The position numbers were made by a program, and so were the translations under genes. The notes below the pieces were generated by a model. It was not told the DNA's origin. It ran no database searches and saw only the letters and a program-made list of their open reading frames with translations. Positions 28,033 to 37,700 of a stretch of DNA of 64,000 bases are shown piece by piece; position 1 is the first letter of the stretch; each line of letters begins with the position of its first letter. The stretch comes from a virus, in the IMG/VR virus record IMGVR_UViG_3300031999_000008, positions 1-64,000 of that record; one strand, 5' to 3'.

Positions 28033-29843
28033 TGTCTAAAACGCTGGGTCAGTATTTGTTGGATGGGGCGATACCCGTTGGGTACCGCCCTAAAGACGTA
28101 TATTCTAAGTCCGATCTACGTAGCAATATGCTGCGATTAGCTAAGGATGATCCAGCGCGTTACACAAAAACAATTACAGAAGTAAAGCGTTTAGGCGATG
28201 AATTCGCCACTAATTTAGGTATATCAGTAGGCCTTGATGATATCGAGCCCTTGTATAAAACACGCGACGCCATTACCAAGCCCGCGTTGGCTCGCGTTAA
28301 AAAAGCCAAGACCAAAACAGAGCGGCAAGACATTATCTCGGAAACTCAGGATAAACTCCTAGAGTACGCCATGAAGCACCCAGGAACCATGGGTGAAATG
28401 GCACGGTCCGGCGCACGGGGTAGCTCGCTCCAACTCATGCGTGCCGTAGGCGCACCCGCCGCAAGTAGCGACGAAAAAGATGATCTACAAGGTTGGCTGA
28501 CAACGCACAGTTATGCGGAAGGCCTTCGTCCTTCAGAGTGGTGGGCCAATAACCGTGAAGCCCGAATGGCTGCGGTAAAGACTCAGAATGAGGTCATGGA
28601 GCCCGGCGATTTATCTAAGATTTTGATCAACAATACCAGTGATCAAATCGTGACTATATCGGATTGTGGCACCAAAAACGGCCTACTTATAGCGCTTACG
28701 GATTCACATATTCTAGATCGCTTTACGGCACGCACCGAACACGGACTGCCTCGCAATACGCTCATGACTCCCCGGGTTGTAAGCACGCTACAGCAGCAAA
28801 AAGTCGAACGCATGTTGATGCGGTCACCTATGACTTGCGAAGCGCAGCACGGCATCTGCCAACATTGTGCAGGTTTGAGTACGCTCGGCGTCATTAACAA
28901 GATCGGTGAAAATTTAGGCATTCGTGCAAGCCAGTCGTTAGGGGAACCCCTTACGCAACTCGCGCTGAATGCTAAACACGGCGTCCGTCTTTCAGGTGCT
29001 AACCCGCTAGAAACCACCGGGCTAGAGGGCTTTCGCAAGCTGCTAGAATCCCCTGCGTCCTTCAAGAATAAAGCGACGCTCGCTCCTGAAGACGGCGTCG
29101 TTACCGCGATTTCAAAAGCACCTCAGGGTGGCTATTACGTCACGGTCAACGAAAGTAAGACGTACGTGTCCCAGGGGTTAAAACCTACTGTCTCTATAGG
29201 CACGACCGTCCATGCTGGCGACGTTCTATCTGAGGGGACGCCGCGCCCCGATGAGGTTGTGCATTACAAAGGCCTCGGCGCAGGCCGTGCCTACCTCGTG
29301 AATAAGCTCGGCGGCATCTACAAAGATAGCAAAATAAACGTAGATCGTCGGCATTTTGAAGTACTCGCGAAGTCTACGCTCAACCACGTACGTATTGAGG
29401 ACGTGGACGATGCTGACTCTGCGGCACATGGTCTCGTACGTGGTGATGTAATCGACTACAACCGTTATCGTAATATCGTGGGCGACAAGACACAGCACAC
29501 GGATATAGATAACGCTGAAGGTAAGTACCTCGGTGAGGGTGTATTGCACCATTTGGCAGGTACGCAGATTACGCAGCCAATGCTAGCTGAAATAAAAGAT
29601 GCCGGATTTACTAAGGTACGCACGGCTAGCCAGGCGCCTGTTGTGTCTGCGGTCATCGCGCCTGCGACGCGTAATCCTCTGTTGAATCCCGACTGGCTTG
29701 TTCGGATGGGACATCGTTATTTGAAGCAGTCCCTTTTAGAGGGAGCCCAAAAGGGACAAACTTCTAACATTCACGGCACGAGTCCGGTCCCCGGTCTCGT
29801 ATTCAGCGGGGAATTCGGTGAGGGTGAAAATGGCCAATACTAA
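28032..29843 (+). CDS. rpoC2: RNA polymerase beta' C-terminal half (bridge helix, trigger loop, Zn site)
   Basis: GISVGLDD, SGARGS, SYAEGL, DCGT..RSPMTC..GICQHC, SQSLGEPLTQL..H, DRRHFEV. Confidence 0.93.
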   Translation: MSKTLGQYLLDGAIPVGYRPKDVYSKSDLRSNMLRLAKDDPARYTKTITEVKRLGDEFATNLGISVGLDDIEPLYKTRDAITKPALARVKKAKTKTERQDIISETQDKLLEYAMKHPGTMGEMARSGARGSSLQLMRAVGAPAASSDEKDDLQGWLTTHSYAEGLRPSEWWANNREARMAAVKTQNEVMEPGDLSKILINNTSDQIVTISDCGTKNGLLIALTDSHILDRFTARTEHGLPRNTLMTPRVVSTLQQQKVERMLMRSPMTCEAQHGICQHCAGLSTLGVINKIGENLGIRASQSLGEPLTQLALNAKHGVRLSGANPLETTGLEGFRKLLESPASFKNKATLAPEDGVVTAISKAPQGGYYVTVNESKTYVSQGLKPTVSIGTTVHAGDVLSEGTPRPDEVVHYKGLGAGRAYLVNKLGGIYKDSKINVDRRHFEVLAKSTLNHVRIEDVDDADSAAHGLVRGDVIDYNRYRNIVGDKTQHTDIDNAEGKYLGEGVLHHLAGTQITQPMLAEIKDAGFTKVRTASQAPVVSAVIAPATRNPLLNPDWLVRMGHRYLKQSLLEGAQKGQTSNIHGTSPVPGLVFSGEFGEGENGQY

Positions 29844-30222
29844 TTATTACGAAGCGGGGCGTAGCGCCGCGCGAGCCCGTTTTGAGAAAACAGCTTTGAT
29901 CGGCGCAGCCATTGGTGCCATGAAGGCCAAAGAAATGAATCCCAAAGATCCTCAACTCTTTCCCGGTGCTATTGCGGGTGAGTTAGGTGGTTTGGGTGGC
30001 ATGGCGCTCGGACAAACCGTAGGGGCTGTAGGCGGAGGCTTAGTGGGAGCTGCCGCAGGTATTCCACTGAGCATCCTGCTCAAAAAACCCGAACTACTTT
30101 CACATCTCGCAAACGCCGGTGCAATGGTGGGTATGGTAGGCGGCGGCATCGGGGGCTTTGTGCACGGCGCTAGGCGCTTGCCCGAAGCGGTCCTTAAAGA
30201 TACCCGTAAGCCAAAGAAGTAA
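29830..30222 (+). CDS. Leader-bearing glycine-zipper protein (cargo allele A)
   Basis: ATG overlaps the RNAP stop; MANTNYYEAGRSAARARFEKTA followed by GxxxG repeats. Confidence 0.75.
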   Translation: MANTNYYEAGRSAARARFEKTALIGAAIGAMKAKEMNPKDPQLFPGAIAGELGGLGGMALGQTVGAVGGGLVGAAAGIPLSILLKKPELLSHLANAGAMVGMVGGGIGGFVHGARRLPEAVLKDTRKPKK

Positions 30223-30252
30223 AACCGAGTATGTTCCTGAACACAACAGTTA

Positions 30253-30346
30253 TTGGGCTAGACAATCAACCAGCCTATGATTAACGTGCGGCCTCTAGAG
30301 ACGCAGAGAGCTACCATGTCGAATTCACCGTTTTTTAAGCGAGCCC
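30253..30346 (+). repeat. Copy 1 of ~95-bp repeat (promoter plus 5' end of gene 31155)
   Basis: Near-identical to 31092-31185; contains TTGGGC-N17-TATGAT and ATGTCGAATTCACCG. Confidence 0.9.
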
Positions 30347-30404
30347 TGTGCTCGGTCTATTCTTCAGCAGTGAATTCGGAGAGGGGACCGATGGCAAATA
30401 TTGA
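30342..30404 (+). pseudogene. Fossil 3' end of a homologous RNAP beta'-C gene
   Basis: Translates SPVLGLFFSSEFGEGTDGKY* versus SPVPGLVFSGEFGEGENGQY* at 29781-29843. Confidence 0.85.
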
Positions 30405-31062
30405 CTATATCGCCGGTTCCGACGCTGCTGCGTATACTTTTTTAAAAACGGCAGTGACGCCGGCTTGGATTAAAGATCGTCTACGTAATGTCAGGTACGC
30501 TCTAAATGCGGATGAAGTCGCCGAGGTAGGACGTCCCGCTTTGACGTCAATCGCTAAGCGGCTTAACAACTCTATGAAATCAAATGACTCTGTGTTAAAT
30601 AATCTCGAACCACTTGTACAACACGAGTACAAACAAAATAGGTTTAAGGTTATTATGGGTACCAATGCTCCGGGTACGTACCCACATCATCAGGGTGATC
30701 ATACTAACTATACAAACTTTTTAAATAGTGCCGGCCGGCGTACTGGCGTATTGGGAACAGCGCCCGTTACGCCCCACGGCGAATACGTTTACGAACGTAT
30801 GCCGAGTCTATACGCTTGGGATAAACGTAAGACACTGAATATGCGACTCGAACAATTGCGACGGCAACTGGATGCTAGCGTGGCGCAGAGTGCGCCTAAG
30901 CTGAATAAACCGCTACCACCAACGCCGGCCGCAACACCCGCAGTAGCAGGTCCTCTGCGTAATCCGTTTAAACTAAGAGCGCAGTTAACGCCAAGTCCGT
31001 ACGCGGACGGCCGTTTTAATCACACGCGCCCCCAAATTCCACAACCCGTGCCCTACCGCTAG
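30391..31062 (+). CDS. Leader-bearing protein of unknown function (cargo allele B)
   Basis: MANIDYIAGSDAAAYTFLKTA leader, GGAG RBS; in-frame upstream ATG at 30316. Confidence 0.7.
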   Translation: MANIDYIAGSDAAAYTFLKTAVTPAWIKDRLRNVRYALNADEVAEVGRPALTSIAKRLNNSMKSNDSVLNNLEPLVQHEYKQNRFKVIMGTNAPGTYPHHQGDHTNYTNFLNSAGRRTGVLGTAPVTPHGEYVYERMPSLYAWDKRKTLNMRLEQLRRQLDASVAQSAPKLNKPLPPTPAATPAVAGPLRNPFKLRAQLTPSPYADGRFNHTRPQIPQPVPYR

Positions 31063-31091
31063 ACGTAAAACCAGTGCGACTACGAAACACC

Positions 31092-31120
31092 TTGGACTAG
31101 ACAATCAACCAGCCTATGAT
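31092..31120 (+). promoter_or_regulatory. Late-type sigma70-like promoter
   Basis: TTGGAC-N17-TATGAT. Confidence 0.65.
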
Positions 31121-31154
31121 TAACGCGATGCCTCTAGAGGAGCAGAGATCTACC

Positions 31155-32423
31155 ATGTCGAATTCACCGCTTTTTAAGCGAGCCTTTGTTCGCGGACTGA
31201 ACGCCGAGCTCATCCGCCAGGGCACCGTTGTGTATCCTTCTAAGGAAGCAGCGGATGCGTCGGCCGACTATGTCGCGGATCAATCAGGCATGCCCGACCC
31301 CTATTTTGAGGGCGAAGCGCTTGACATCAAGACGGCGGGCACTCTCTGCGAGTACCTCATCAAAGCGGCTGAATATCAGTGCCAGCAAGCCGGGGATAAG
31401 TACAACCCGACCGTGACTAAGACGGCGCAGGAAAGCACGCCTGTGGCTGTTGCCACTCACGACGCCTGGGCGTTGATGGAAAAGGCTGCATCGGAGACGG
31501 GCTCTCTTGTTGAAGGCGGCAAAGATCCGAACACAGAGCCGGACGCCGCTCGCGACAACGCCGAAGCCGCACTGGATATGAAGAATCGTCCCCAGGGTTA
31601 TGCGCACCTCGGCGAAAAAGGCGTTGGCAATTACGAGGATCCCAGCGAGGGAACCGTAGGCCACCAAGCGAAGCATCCGATGGCTCCCGGCGCTACGGGA
31701 CACGATACAAATTCGCTCAACAAGGGTGCGTCTCTGTCGGAGATCGTCCGTCGCGTTGGCACCAAGACGGCTGCCGGTACGGGCACGCTCGTTACTGGCG
31801 GCACGCAACCCAACACGTTGGCGGCTGCGGCGCAGCATGAGTCGTTGGCTGCGCTTGAGCAGAAAAATCGTCCCGAAGGCTACGCTCACCGCGGTGAGAA
31901 GGCTGTCGGAACCACGGAGTTTAAGATTCCGTCGAGCGCTGTGATGGGTCATGAGCAACCGCACCCGCACGTTCCGGGTGCCACTGCATCGGGCAGCAAC
32001 TCGATCATTGCGCAGACCAAGAACGCTTTCGATCAACTCTTCGCCAAGACGGCAGAGCAGGTTGTTCCGTATCTCCCCGAGAATATGGACGACAACATGA
32101 AGGTTGGCCACGTCCGCGCAATGCTCGGATTAGAGACGTCTGAGCGCGCCGATTACCTCGGCAATCTGTACTCCTCGTTGGGTGCCCAGAAGGAAGCTGC
32201 GGAGTCGGTGCGGGATCATTTCCGTAAGTCGGCGGCGCATGCCGAGCCCGATGGTGATGAGTGTGAGTCGACCGATAAAGCCGCCCCCATGTTTCCTCCC
32301 GCGATGAAGGCGCATGAGAAGACGGAATCCAAGAAGGAAGAAGCTGCTGAAAAGGAAGCTTCTGCGGCGCCTACGCGAGCCCTCACAGGCCTGCGCGACC
32401 GGCTTGCTAACCTGAGTCGCTAA
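31155..32423 (+). CDS. Inner-head polyprotein with two ~78-aa repeats and many K-x-A sites
   Basis: Repeats KNRPQGYAHLGEK / KNRPEGYAHRGEK; strong codon bias; the listed ATG at 31116 lies in the -10 box. Confidence 0.8.
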   Translation: MSNSPLFKRAFVRGLNAELIRQGTVVYPSKEAADASADYVADQSGMPDPYFEGEALDIKTAGTLCEYLIKAAEYQCQQAGDKYNPTVTKTAQESTPVAVATHDAWALMEKAASETGSLVEGGKDPNTEPDAARDNAEAALDMKNRPQGYAHLGEKGVGNYEDPSEGTVGHQAKHPMAPGATGHDTNSLNKGASLSEIVRRVGTKTAAGTGTLVTGGTQPNTLAAAAQHESLAALEQKNRPEGYAHRGEKAVGTTEFKIPSSAVMGHEQPHPHVPGATASGSNSIIAQTKNAFDQLFAKTAEQVVPYLPENMDDNMKVGHVRAMLGLETSERADYLGNLYSSLGAQKEAAESVRDHFRKSAAHAEPDGDECESTDKAAPMFPPAMKAHEKTESKKEEAAEKEASAAPTRALTGLRDRLANLSR

Positions 32424-32633
32424 ATGCGGCTCACACGAGCAGCATTAGAGCTCGGACTTCAGCTTGTTCAAACTAAGCTCGGGCAGGCCATGGGCGTCCC
32501 GGGCTTTTCCGTTTATGCACCTGAAGAAGCTGAAGCCCTAGCGCCACAACCGTCGATCTTCCAGCAGACACACAAAAAAACGCCGTCTACCACGGCGCAT
32601 ATAAATTCTCCGAAGATCGTAACTACCCGGTAA
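32424..32633 (+). CDS. Small protein with leader-like ..LGLQLVQTKLG
   Basis: Abuts the previous stop; KLG motif. Confidence 0.5.
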   Translation: MRLTRAALELGLQLVQTKLGQAMGVPGFSVYAPEEAEALAPQPSIFQQTHKKTPSTTAHINSPKIVTTR

Positions 32634-32703
32634 GCTAATCGGCTAGACTCCCTACGCATCAAGAAGTCTTCTGCCTCAGCAGTTACCCTACGGTAAAAAA
32701 TAC

Positions 32704-35700
32704 ATGGCCACCATTAAAAAAGCCCTGTTTTCTCCGGCTGTAAACGCTCAACAGCAGATGCCCAATGCTGCGGATGAGCAGCAGCTGTTCGAAGACAAGT
32801 TTGGGCAGATGGCGTATCAAGCCTTCTCGTCTAAGTTTCCCGATCTCGTAACAGAAATCGTTACGTTTAAGATCTTGGATGCAGACTTAGCCACGGGAAC
32901 GGCTGTTGGTGCGTTCATTCTCGAACAGGAGAGCGATTACGTTTACGTACCCGCTGTGTTGTCTGAAAATGAGCTTAAGCCGTTTGATTTAATGTACGTA
33001 AAAGCGAAGGATATATTTCTTCCGCTTACCAACGACTGGTTAGAAGAAGTAAAAAAGGGCACGATCTCGTCGCTCGGCGAAGGCAGCAAGCTCCCTGAAA
33101 CGGTTCCCACTGACGTGGATATCCGTAACATCGTAGTGCCGCCGACGACGGGACGGTACAGCTATGCCAGCTATAATTCGGTTTCTCCTCGGAGTCGCCT
33201 TGAGGCTCAGGCGACAGAGCCGCTGGGACGAAAACTGACCAAGATTGCAGGCGTCGGTCCTTTTCCGGGCAATGGTCAGCCTGGGATGCAATCTGACTTT
33301 AACCCGCAGCTGTGGGCGACGTTCGTTGAACAATTTCAACGCACGCAGCAACAGACTCCCGGTCAGGCTTTGGACAGCGGATCTCTCGACGTAGAGACGA
33401 TGGCCAAGATGTACAAGTCTCACACGAAGACGTGGGAGATGATGGCTGACCCGAGTGCCAATCCTTTGGCCAATGCGCAAATGCCGGGTCTTGCAGCGGA
33501 CGGGTCGGGTGCGCAAGCACAAGGTCAGATGCCGCAACAGGGGCAAGCCCCGCAACAAGCGCAGCCCCAAGCCCAAGCTCCGGGTATGCCCCCTGCCATG
33601 AAGATGGGCAGCCTTCCGGGTGAAATAGCCCAGGACTTAGTGCCTGCTGCACGGCCGCGTACAATTGGGAGTAAGCTTGAAAAAGTAATTACCAATCTTG
33701 TACGTAATGCGGGCATTGGCGCAGTCACGGGTGGTGTTGCCAACGCAGCGCATAACGAAGGTAACGACATTGGTGGCGCTGCAGCCCGTGGTGCCCTGGG
33801 CGGTACCGCCTTGGGTTTTCTTGGTGGCCATGCTGCAGAAGAATTGGCCGCGCAAACCGGAGCCAAGGCAAATCCCGAACGTCTTCAATCGTTAGGGCGT
33901 ATTACTGGCGCAATGGGCGGCGGGTATCTTGCAGGTCGTGCAAACCCTACGCAATTTTCGATGCCCAGCATGGGCGGCAACAGTGATTACGCTACGCGTT
34001 ACGCTGCCGATCACGGTGAAAACTTAAAGAGCATGTTCCGCCATGCCCAGAAAAAGAAGAAGCCGTACACCAAGCGCTTGCCGGAGTTTTTGGCAAAGGC
34101 GCCCTCCCGTGTCAAAAAGGCCTACCTAAAGGTCCTTAGTACGAATCCGGAACTGTTGAAGAAGACAGCGGAATTGTATGGCGAAGAAGCGCTTATTCAG
34201 GCGCTTTCTGAAACCAAGACCGCCAGCGGAGGCCCTGCGCCTGCCATGGGCTCGCCGGCTCGCGGCAGCTTGCGTGTTGCGGATCGCAGTACCAAGCCGG
34301 GTACATACACAGACTTTTTCGGTGAAGCCGCACCGGCCGCCTTCAAGGGCGTATTGATGCGCGGATACTATTTCGACGACACGCGCCCCAAGCTGAACTT
34401 GGCCGTGCACGTCGAAACAAAACACGACTACCAAGACACACTTGGCACGGGTATCTACCGATTGTTTACGTCGGAAGGTTCTGCCAAGAACGCTCTTGTA
34501 TTTAGCGAACCTTTTGATCTCACGAGTGACGCGCGAATTACTTTCCCGCGTAACGACTCGCGCGTTAAGCGTCCGCAAACACGCGTGCCTTTCGATGAGT
34601 TCAATAAGGAACCTAACAGCGCGCCTGGTTTCGAACGGCGTCCGTTTGCCGACGAAGACGTGGGCCGTTCGCACGACTACAGGCGTCTGGCGGTCCTGGA
34701 AAACGGGGACTTCGTTCTAACAAACAAGCTTTTTGGTGAATTAAGCACCGAAGGCGCGTTGAAGGGCTCCAAGCTCTACAACACCGTTATGAAAGATGGC
34801 ACGTCCAAGCCTTCCAAGGGTACGGGCATGTTCATCACAAAGCGTGGCGCGTCCTATCTCGGTACACTGCCTGTTGAAATCAGTGAATTGTCTACGGGCT
34901 CCAATGGAGTAATCCGCGGCAAGATTTCTAGCCAGTCGGGTTTCGGCGTAAAGAGCTTCGTAATCGATCCGCGTTCGCCCATTAACCGTCCCATGAAAAT
35001 GAAAGACGAAAGTCTTGTCATTATTCCTGCGGGCTGGCAGTGGATGAGTTTGGGCAAGCGCCTAGACAACGACAATTTCATGAGCTCAAGCACCGGCTTG
35101 AGTGACGTAGTCATGAACGCGCTTGGATCGATGGGCGTCCATGAAGCTGTCGTGCGTAATGCCGGACAGAGCATGTACGACGTTGATGGCACACGTACGC
35201 TCAACAAGAGCGCAGCGTTGCAATTAATCGCGTCTAAATACTACGTACACGCCTCTGCGGCTGAGGCAATGTTGAAAATTGCGTCACACCAGAATGTGTG
35301 CCGTGCACATATCGTTTCGCCCGAAGCGTACGGTATGCTCAAGTACCGTGTGAAGATCGCACAAGGCGAGGCGGCACCCCAGACCTCGATGGGCGGCCCG
35401 CCCGCAATGCAGCAACCGCTGCCGCCTCCGGTAGCTATGCCTCCACTTCCTGGGGCAGCGCCGGGCTTGCCTCCCGCAATGCAAAACGCTCCGGCTCCTG
35501 CGCCTGAGCCGCAAGGGCCGTCCCCCGTGGATCAAGCCTTCGGCGAAGCCATGGACGGTCTGCAACAACAAATGACCGCCCTCCAAGCACAGCTCGATGT
35601 GCTTAATACGGTGCAACAGCGTGCGCAGCAGATTGCGGGCGGCGGCGGCGCAGATGACGCAGGTGCTCCGCCGGCGGAAGACCCCAGCATGCAGGGTATG

Positions 35701-36219
35701 CCTCCCGGCATGTCACCTGACATGGGCAGTGCGCCCGACGCCGGGGCACCTCCGGCTGACCCCAATGCGCAAGCGGGCATGGACCCCAATGCGCAAGCGG
35801 GCATGGACCCCAACGACCCAAACGCGCAGGCTGCACAGCCCTCCATGCCGATCATGCGCACGGAAGAGCCGTCCTCGGATGAGATTGCCTCGCAAATTAA
35901 TCCTGCGTTCCTACAAGACGCAGCTAATTTGCATGAGACAGGCGCATTCGACGCAGGGACTATCGCCTCCCTAGCGCGTAACGGAAATATGAAGTCTGTT
36001 ACGTCGCAGTACGCCGCGTCTCTCGAAGAGAGCGTAGATGACCTGGGTCGCACCCTGCTTACGCTCTACATGCAGGAGCCTAAGCTCAAAGAACAACTAG
36101 GCGACGATACATTCCTTGACCTTGAAACCCAACTTCGGGATACCTTTCAAGGCCTCGGTAAACTCGTACTGTCTTTGACGCACAACGCTTCGATGCTCGA
36201 CCCCAATGCGATCGCCTAA
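32704..36219 (+). CDS. Large inner-head/ejection polyprotein (Q/P-rich linkers, glycine zipper, K-x-A sites)
   Basis: 1171 aa; KIA, KMG, KTA sites bracket distinct domains. Confidence 0.8.
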   Translation: MATIKKALFSPAVNAQQQMPNAADEQQLFEDKFGQMAYQAFSSKFPDLVTEIVTFKILDADLATGTAVGAFILEQESDYVYVPAVLSENELKPFDLMYVKAKDIFLPLTNDWLEEVKKGTISSLGEGSKLPETVPTDVDIRNIVVPPTTGRYSYASYNSVSPRSRLEAQATEPLGRKLTKIAGVGPFPGNGQPGMQSDFNPQLWATFVEQFQRTQQQTPGQALDSGSLDVETMAKMYKSHTKTWEMMADPSANPLANAQMPGLAADGSGAQAQGQMPQQGQAPQQAQPQAQAPGMPPAMKMGSLPGEIAQDLVPAARPRTIGSKLEKVITNLVRNAGIGAVTGGVANAAHNEGNDIGGAAARGALGGTALGFLGGHAAEELAAQTGAKANPERLQSLGRITGAMGGGYLAGRANPTQFSMPSMGGNSDYATRYAADHGENLKSMFRHAQKKKKPYTKRLPEFLAKAPSRVKKAYLKVLSTNPELLKKTAELYGEEALIQALSETKTASGGPAPAMGSPARGSLRVADRSTKPGTYTDFFGEAAPAAFKGVLMRGYYFDDTRPKLNLAVHVETKHDYQDTLGTGIYRLFTSEGSAKNALVFSEPFDLTSDARITFPRNDSRVKRPQTRVPFDEFNKEPNSAPGFERRPFADEDVGRSHDYRRLAVLENGDFVLTNKLFGELSTEGALKGSKLYNTVMKDGTSKPSKGTGMFITKRGASYLGTLPVEISELSTGSNGVIRGKISSQSGFGVKSFVIDPRSPINRPMKMKDESLVIIPAGWQWMSLGKRLDNDNFMSSSTGLSDVVMNALGSMGVHEAVVRNAGQSMYDVDGTRTLNKSAALQLIASKYYVHASAAEAMLKIASHQNVCRAHIVSPEAYGMLKYRVKIAQGEAAPQTSMGGPPAMQQPLPPPVAMPPLPGAAPGLPPAMQNAPAPAPEPQGPSPVDQAFGEAMDGLQQQMTALQAQLDVLNTVQQRAQQIAGGGGADDAGAPPAEDPSMQGMPPGMSPDMGSAPDAGAPPADPNAQAGMDPNAQAGMDPNDPNAQAAQPSMPIMRTEEPSSDEIASQINPAFLQDAANLHETGAFDAGTIASLARNGNMKSVTSQYAASLEESVDDLGRTLLTLYMQEPKLKEQLGDDTFLDLETQLRDTFQGLGKLVLSLTHNASMLDPNAIA
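35758..35812 (+). repeat. 24-bp coding tandem repeat (DPNAQAGM x2)
   Basis: GACCCCAATGCGCAAGCGGGCATG occurs twice plus a partial copy. Confidence 0.85.
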
Positions 36220-36925
36220 TCCCCGCCACCGCTATGATGCGCTAGTTAATCAGCGCAGAATACCAGAGACGAACCATGAGCGTTCTCTGTTCGTAGCGTT
36301 GCATGGTAAAGACGCCCTGGATAAGTTGAGCCCGCTCCGTCTTTGGAATCCTGATCAAGAAATAAACTCAATCCTCGACTACCCGATGTTGGTATTCCGG
36401 ACTGAGTCTATTCGCAGTATTCTCGAAGCGTTCATGATCGCTACGGATAATGACTTTTCGATATCTCAGGCCATTTCGATGCCGCCTGAAGAAGTAAATG
36501 TTTATCGAGAGTTGTTCTTCGATACATCTGTCTTCAAGACAGAACTAGAGATCATGGTCTTCATGCAGGAGATTCCTGAGGAGCACCCTTACAAGCCCTA
36601 CTACCGTATTGCCTACCACCAAGGCCTTGGCGCTTTGCAGTGGCACTTCTGTCGTAATAAGGGCGAAGTACTTGCACAGGACGTCATTAAAACGCTCATG
36701 ACCGATTCTTACTTCAGGTCCATGGAGCATCGAGGGCAGGCTATTACGGGCAAGCTCGCAAGAGAAGCTGCGAAATACGCTAAGATCTCGTTAGAGTGTG
36801 CACGAGCTCTGTTGGGTAATAACGACTTCATCAACGAAGACGCCGAGAACCTTCGTATCCGGTTTGAGGAAGCCCGCGGCAACCGTACCGTCGAAGATAT
36901 AGGCGCGGATAAGGTGGTTCACTAA
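36206..36925 (+). CDS. Hypothetical protein in head module
   Basis: Coupled ORF, 239 aa. Confidence 0.75.
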   Translation: MRSPNPRHRYDALVNQRRIPETNHERSLFVALHGKDALDKLSPLRLWNPDQEINSILDYPMLVFRTESIRSILEAFMIATDNDFSISQAISMPPEEVNVYRELFFDTSVFKTELEIMVFMQEIPEEHPYKPYYRIAYHQGLGALQWHFCRNKGEVLAQDVIKTLMTDSYFRSMEHRGQAITGKLAREAAKYAKISLECARALLGNNDFINEDAENLRIRFEEARGNRTVEDIGADKVVH

Positions 36926-36926
36926 C

Positions 36927-37700
36927 ATGGCTCACATCACCGAGAACGACTACAAGAAGCTGGCAGAGGCCGTCTCTGACGACTTGCTGTTAAATAAAGT
37001 CGCTTTAAATGACAGCATCTCCAAGCTGGCCTCCTCGATGGACATGAGCCAGGAGCAGGTCCGCCGTCTTTGTGAAGCGTCGAATAACACGACATTCAAC
37101 AAGATGTTTCAATCCAAGGATAAGACTGCATCCGACCGCATGGTCGAATTTGATGTAGCCGACGCAAGTCGTGTCCTGGGCGGCGCTGTAAAAGAAGCTA
37201 GCGCGCACGTACCCGACGCTGGCGTAGTTTACTTGTCCGAGTACCGGACTTTGCGACCAGACGACCCAGAAGAAACTACGACCAAAGTCGCATTTGAAAT
37301 GCGTCCTGAGTCTAAGCCGAGGACCGAACAAGACCGCCGTACCTTGCGCAAGACTCTGGATCATCTTCGGCATGAAAAGATCGCAACCGAGTACATGTAC
37401 TCTGATGCACTGCATGCCATCAAAAATCAGTTCAAGCGGCTTTACCGCGATACTGATTTTCAGACATTCGAGAAACGCGCGGCGGCAATCCACGGCGCTG
37501 CTGCCCTACGTCCTTTGACTGACATGCGTGCGCAACTTCGCATGCCTGCAGTTACCTACGATTTTGACCGCATCCAAAAGACCGCGGGCTACGTAGACGA
37601 CAGTAAGATCGAGTATAAACTCATGTCAGACGCAGTTGCGCATGCTGTTAAGCTTGCGGAACTCACTCAGGGTATCTCTAAACTGGAGACTCTTGTATGA
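36927..37700 (+). CDS. Prohead core protein with 10 K-x-A sites
   Basis: KLA x3, KVA x2, KTA x2, KEA, KIA, KRA. Confidence 0.8.
   Translation: MAHITENDYKKLAEAVSDDLLLNKVALNDSISKLASSMDMSQEQVRRLCEASNNTTFNKMFQSKDKTASDRMVEFDVADASRVLGGAVKEASAHVPDAGVVYLSEYRTLRPDDPEETTTKVAFEMRPESKPRTEQDRRTLRKTLDHLRHEKIATEYMYSDALHAIKNQFKRLYRDTDFQTFEKRAAAIHGAAALRPLTDMRAQLRMPAVTYDFDRIQKTAGYVDDSKIEYKLMSDAVAHAVKLAELTQGISKLETLV

Noticed and set aside
30277-31154. ORF-track starts at 30277 and 31116 (MIN...)
   Set aside because: The ATG is part of the TATGAT -10 box; real starts are downstream (30316/30391 and 31155)
35758-35812. 24-bp tandem repeat as a regulatory or contingency locus
   Set aside because: In-frame, two copies, inside a low-complexity linker
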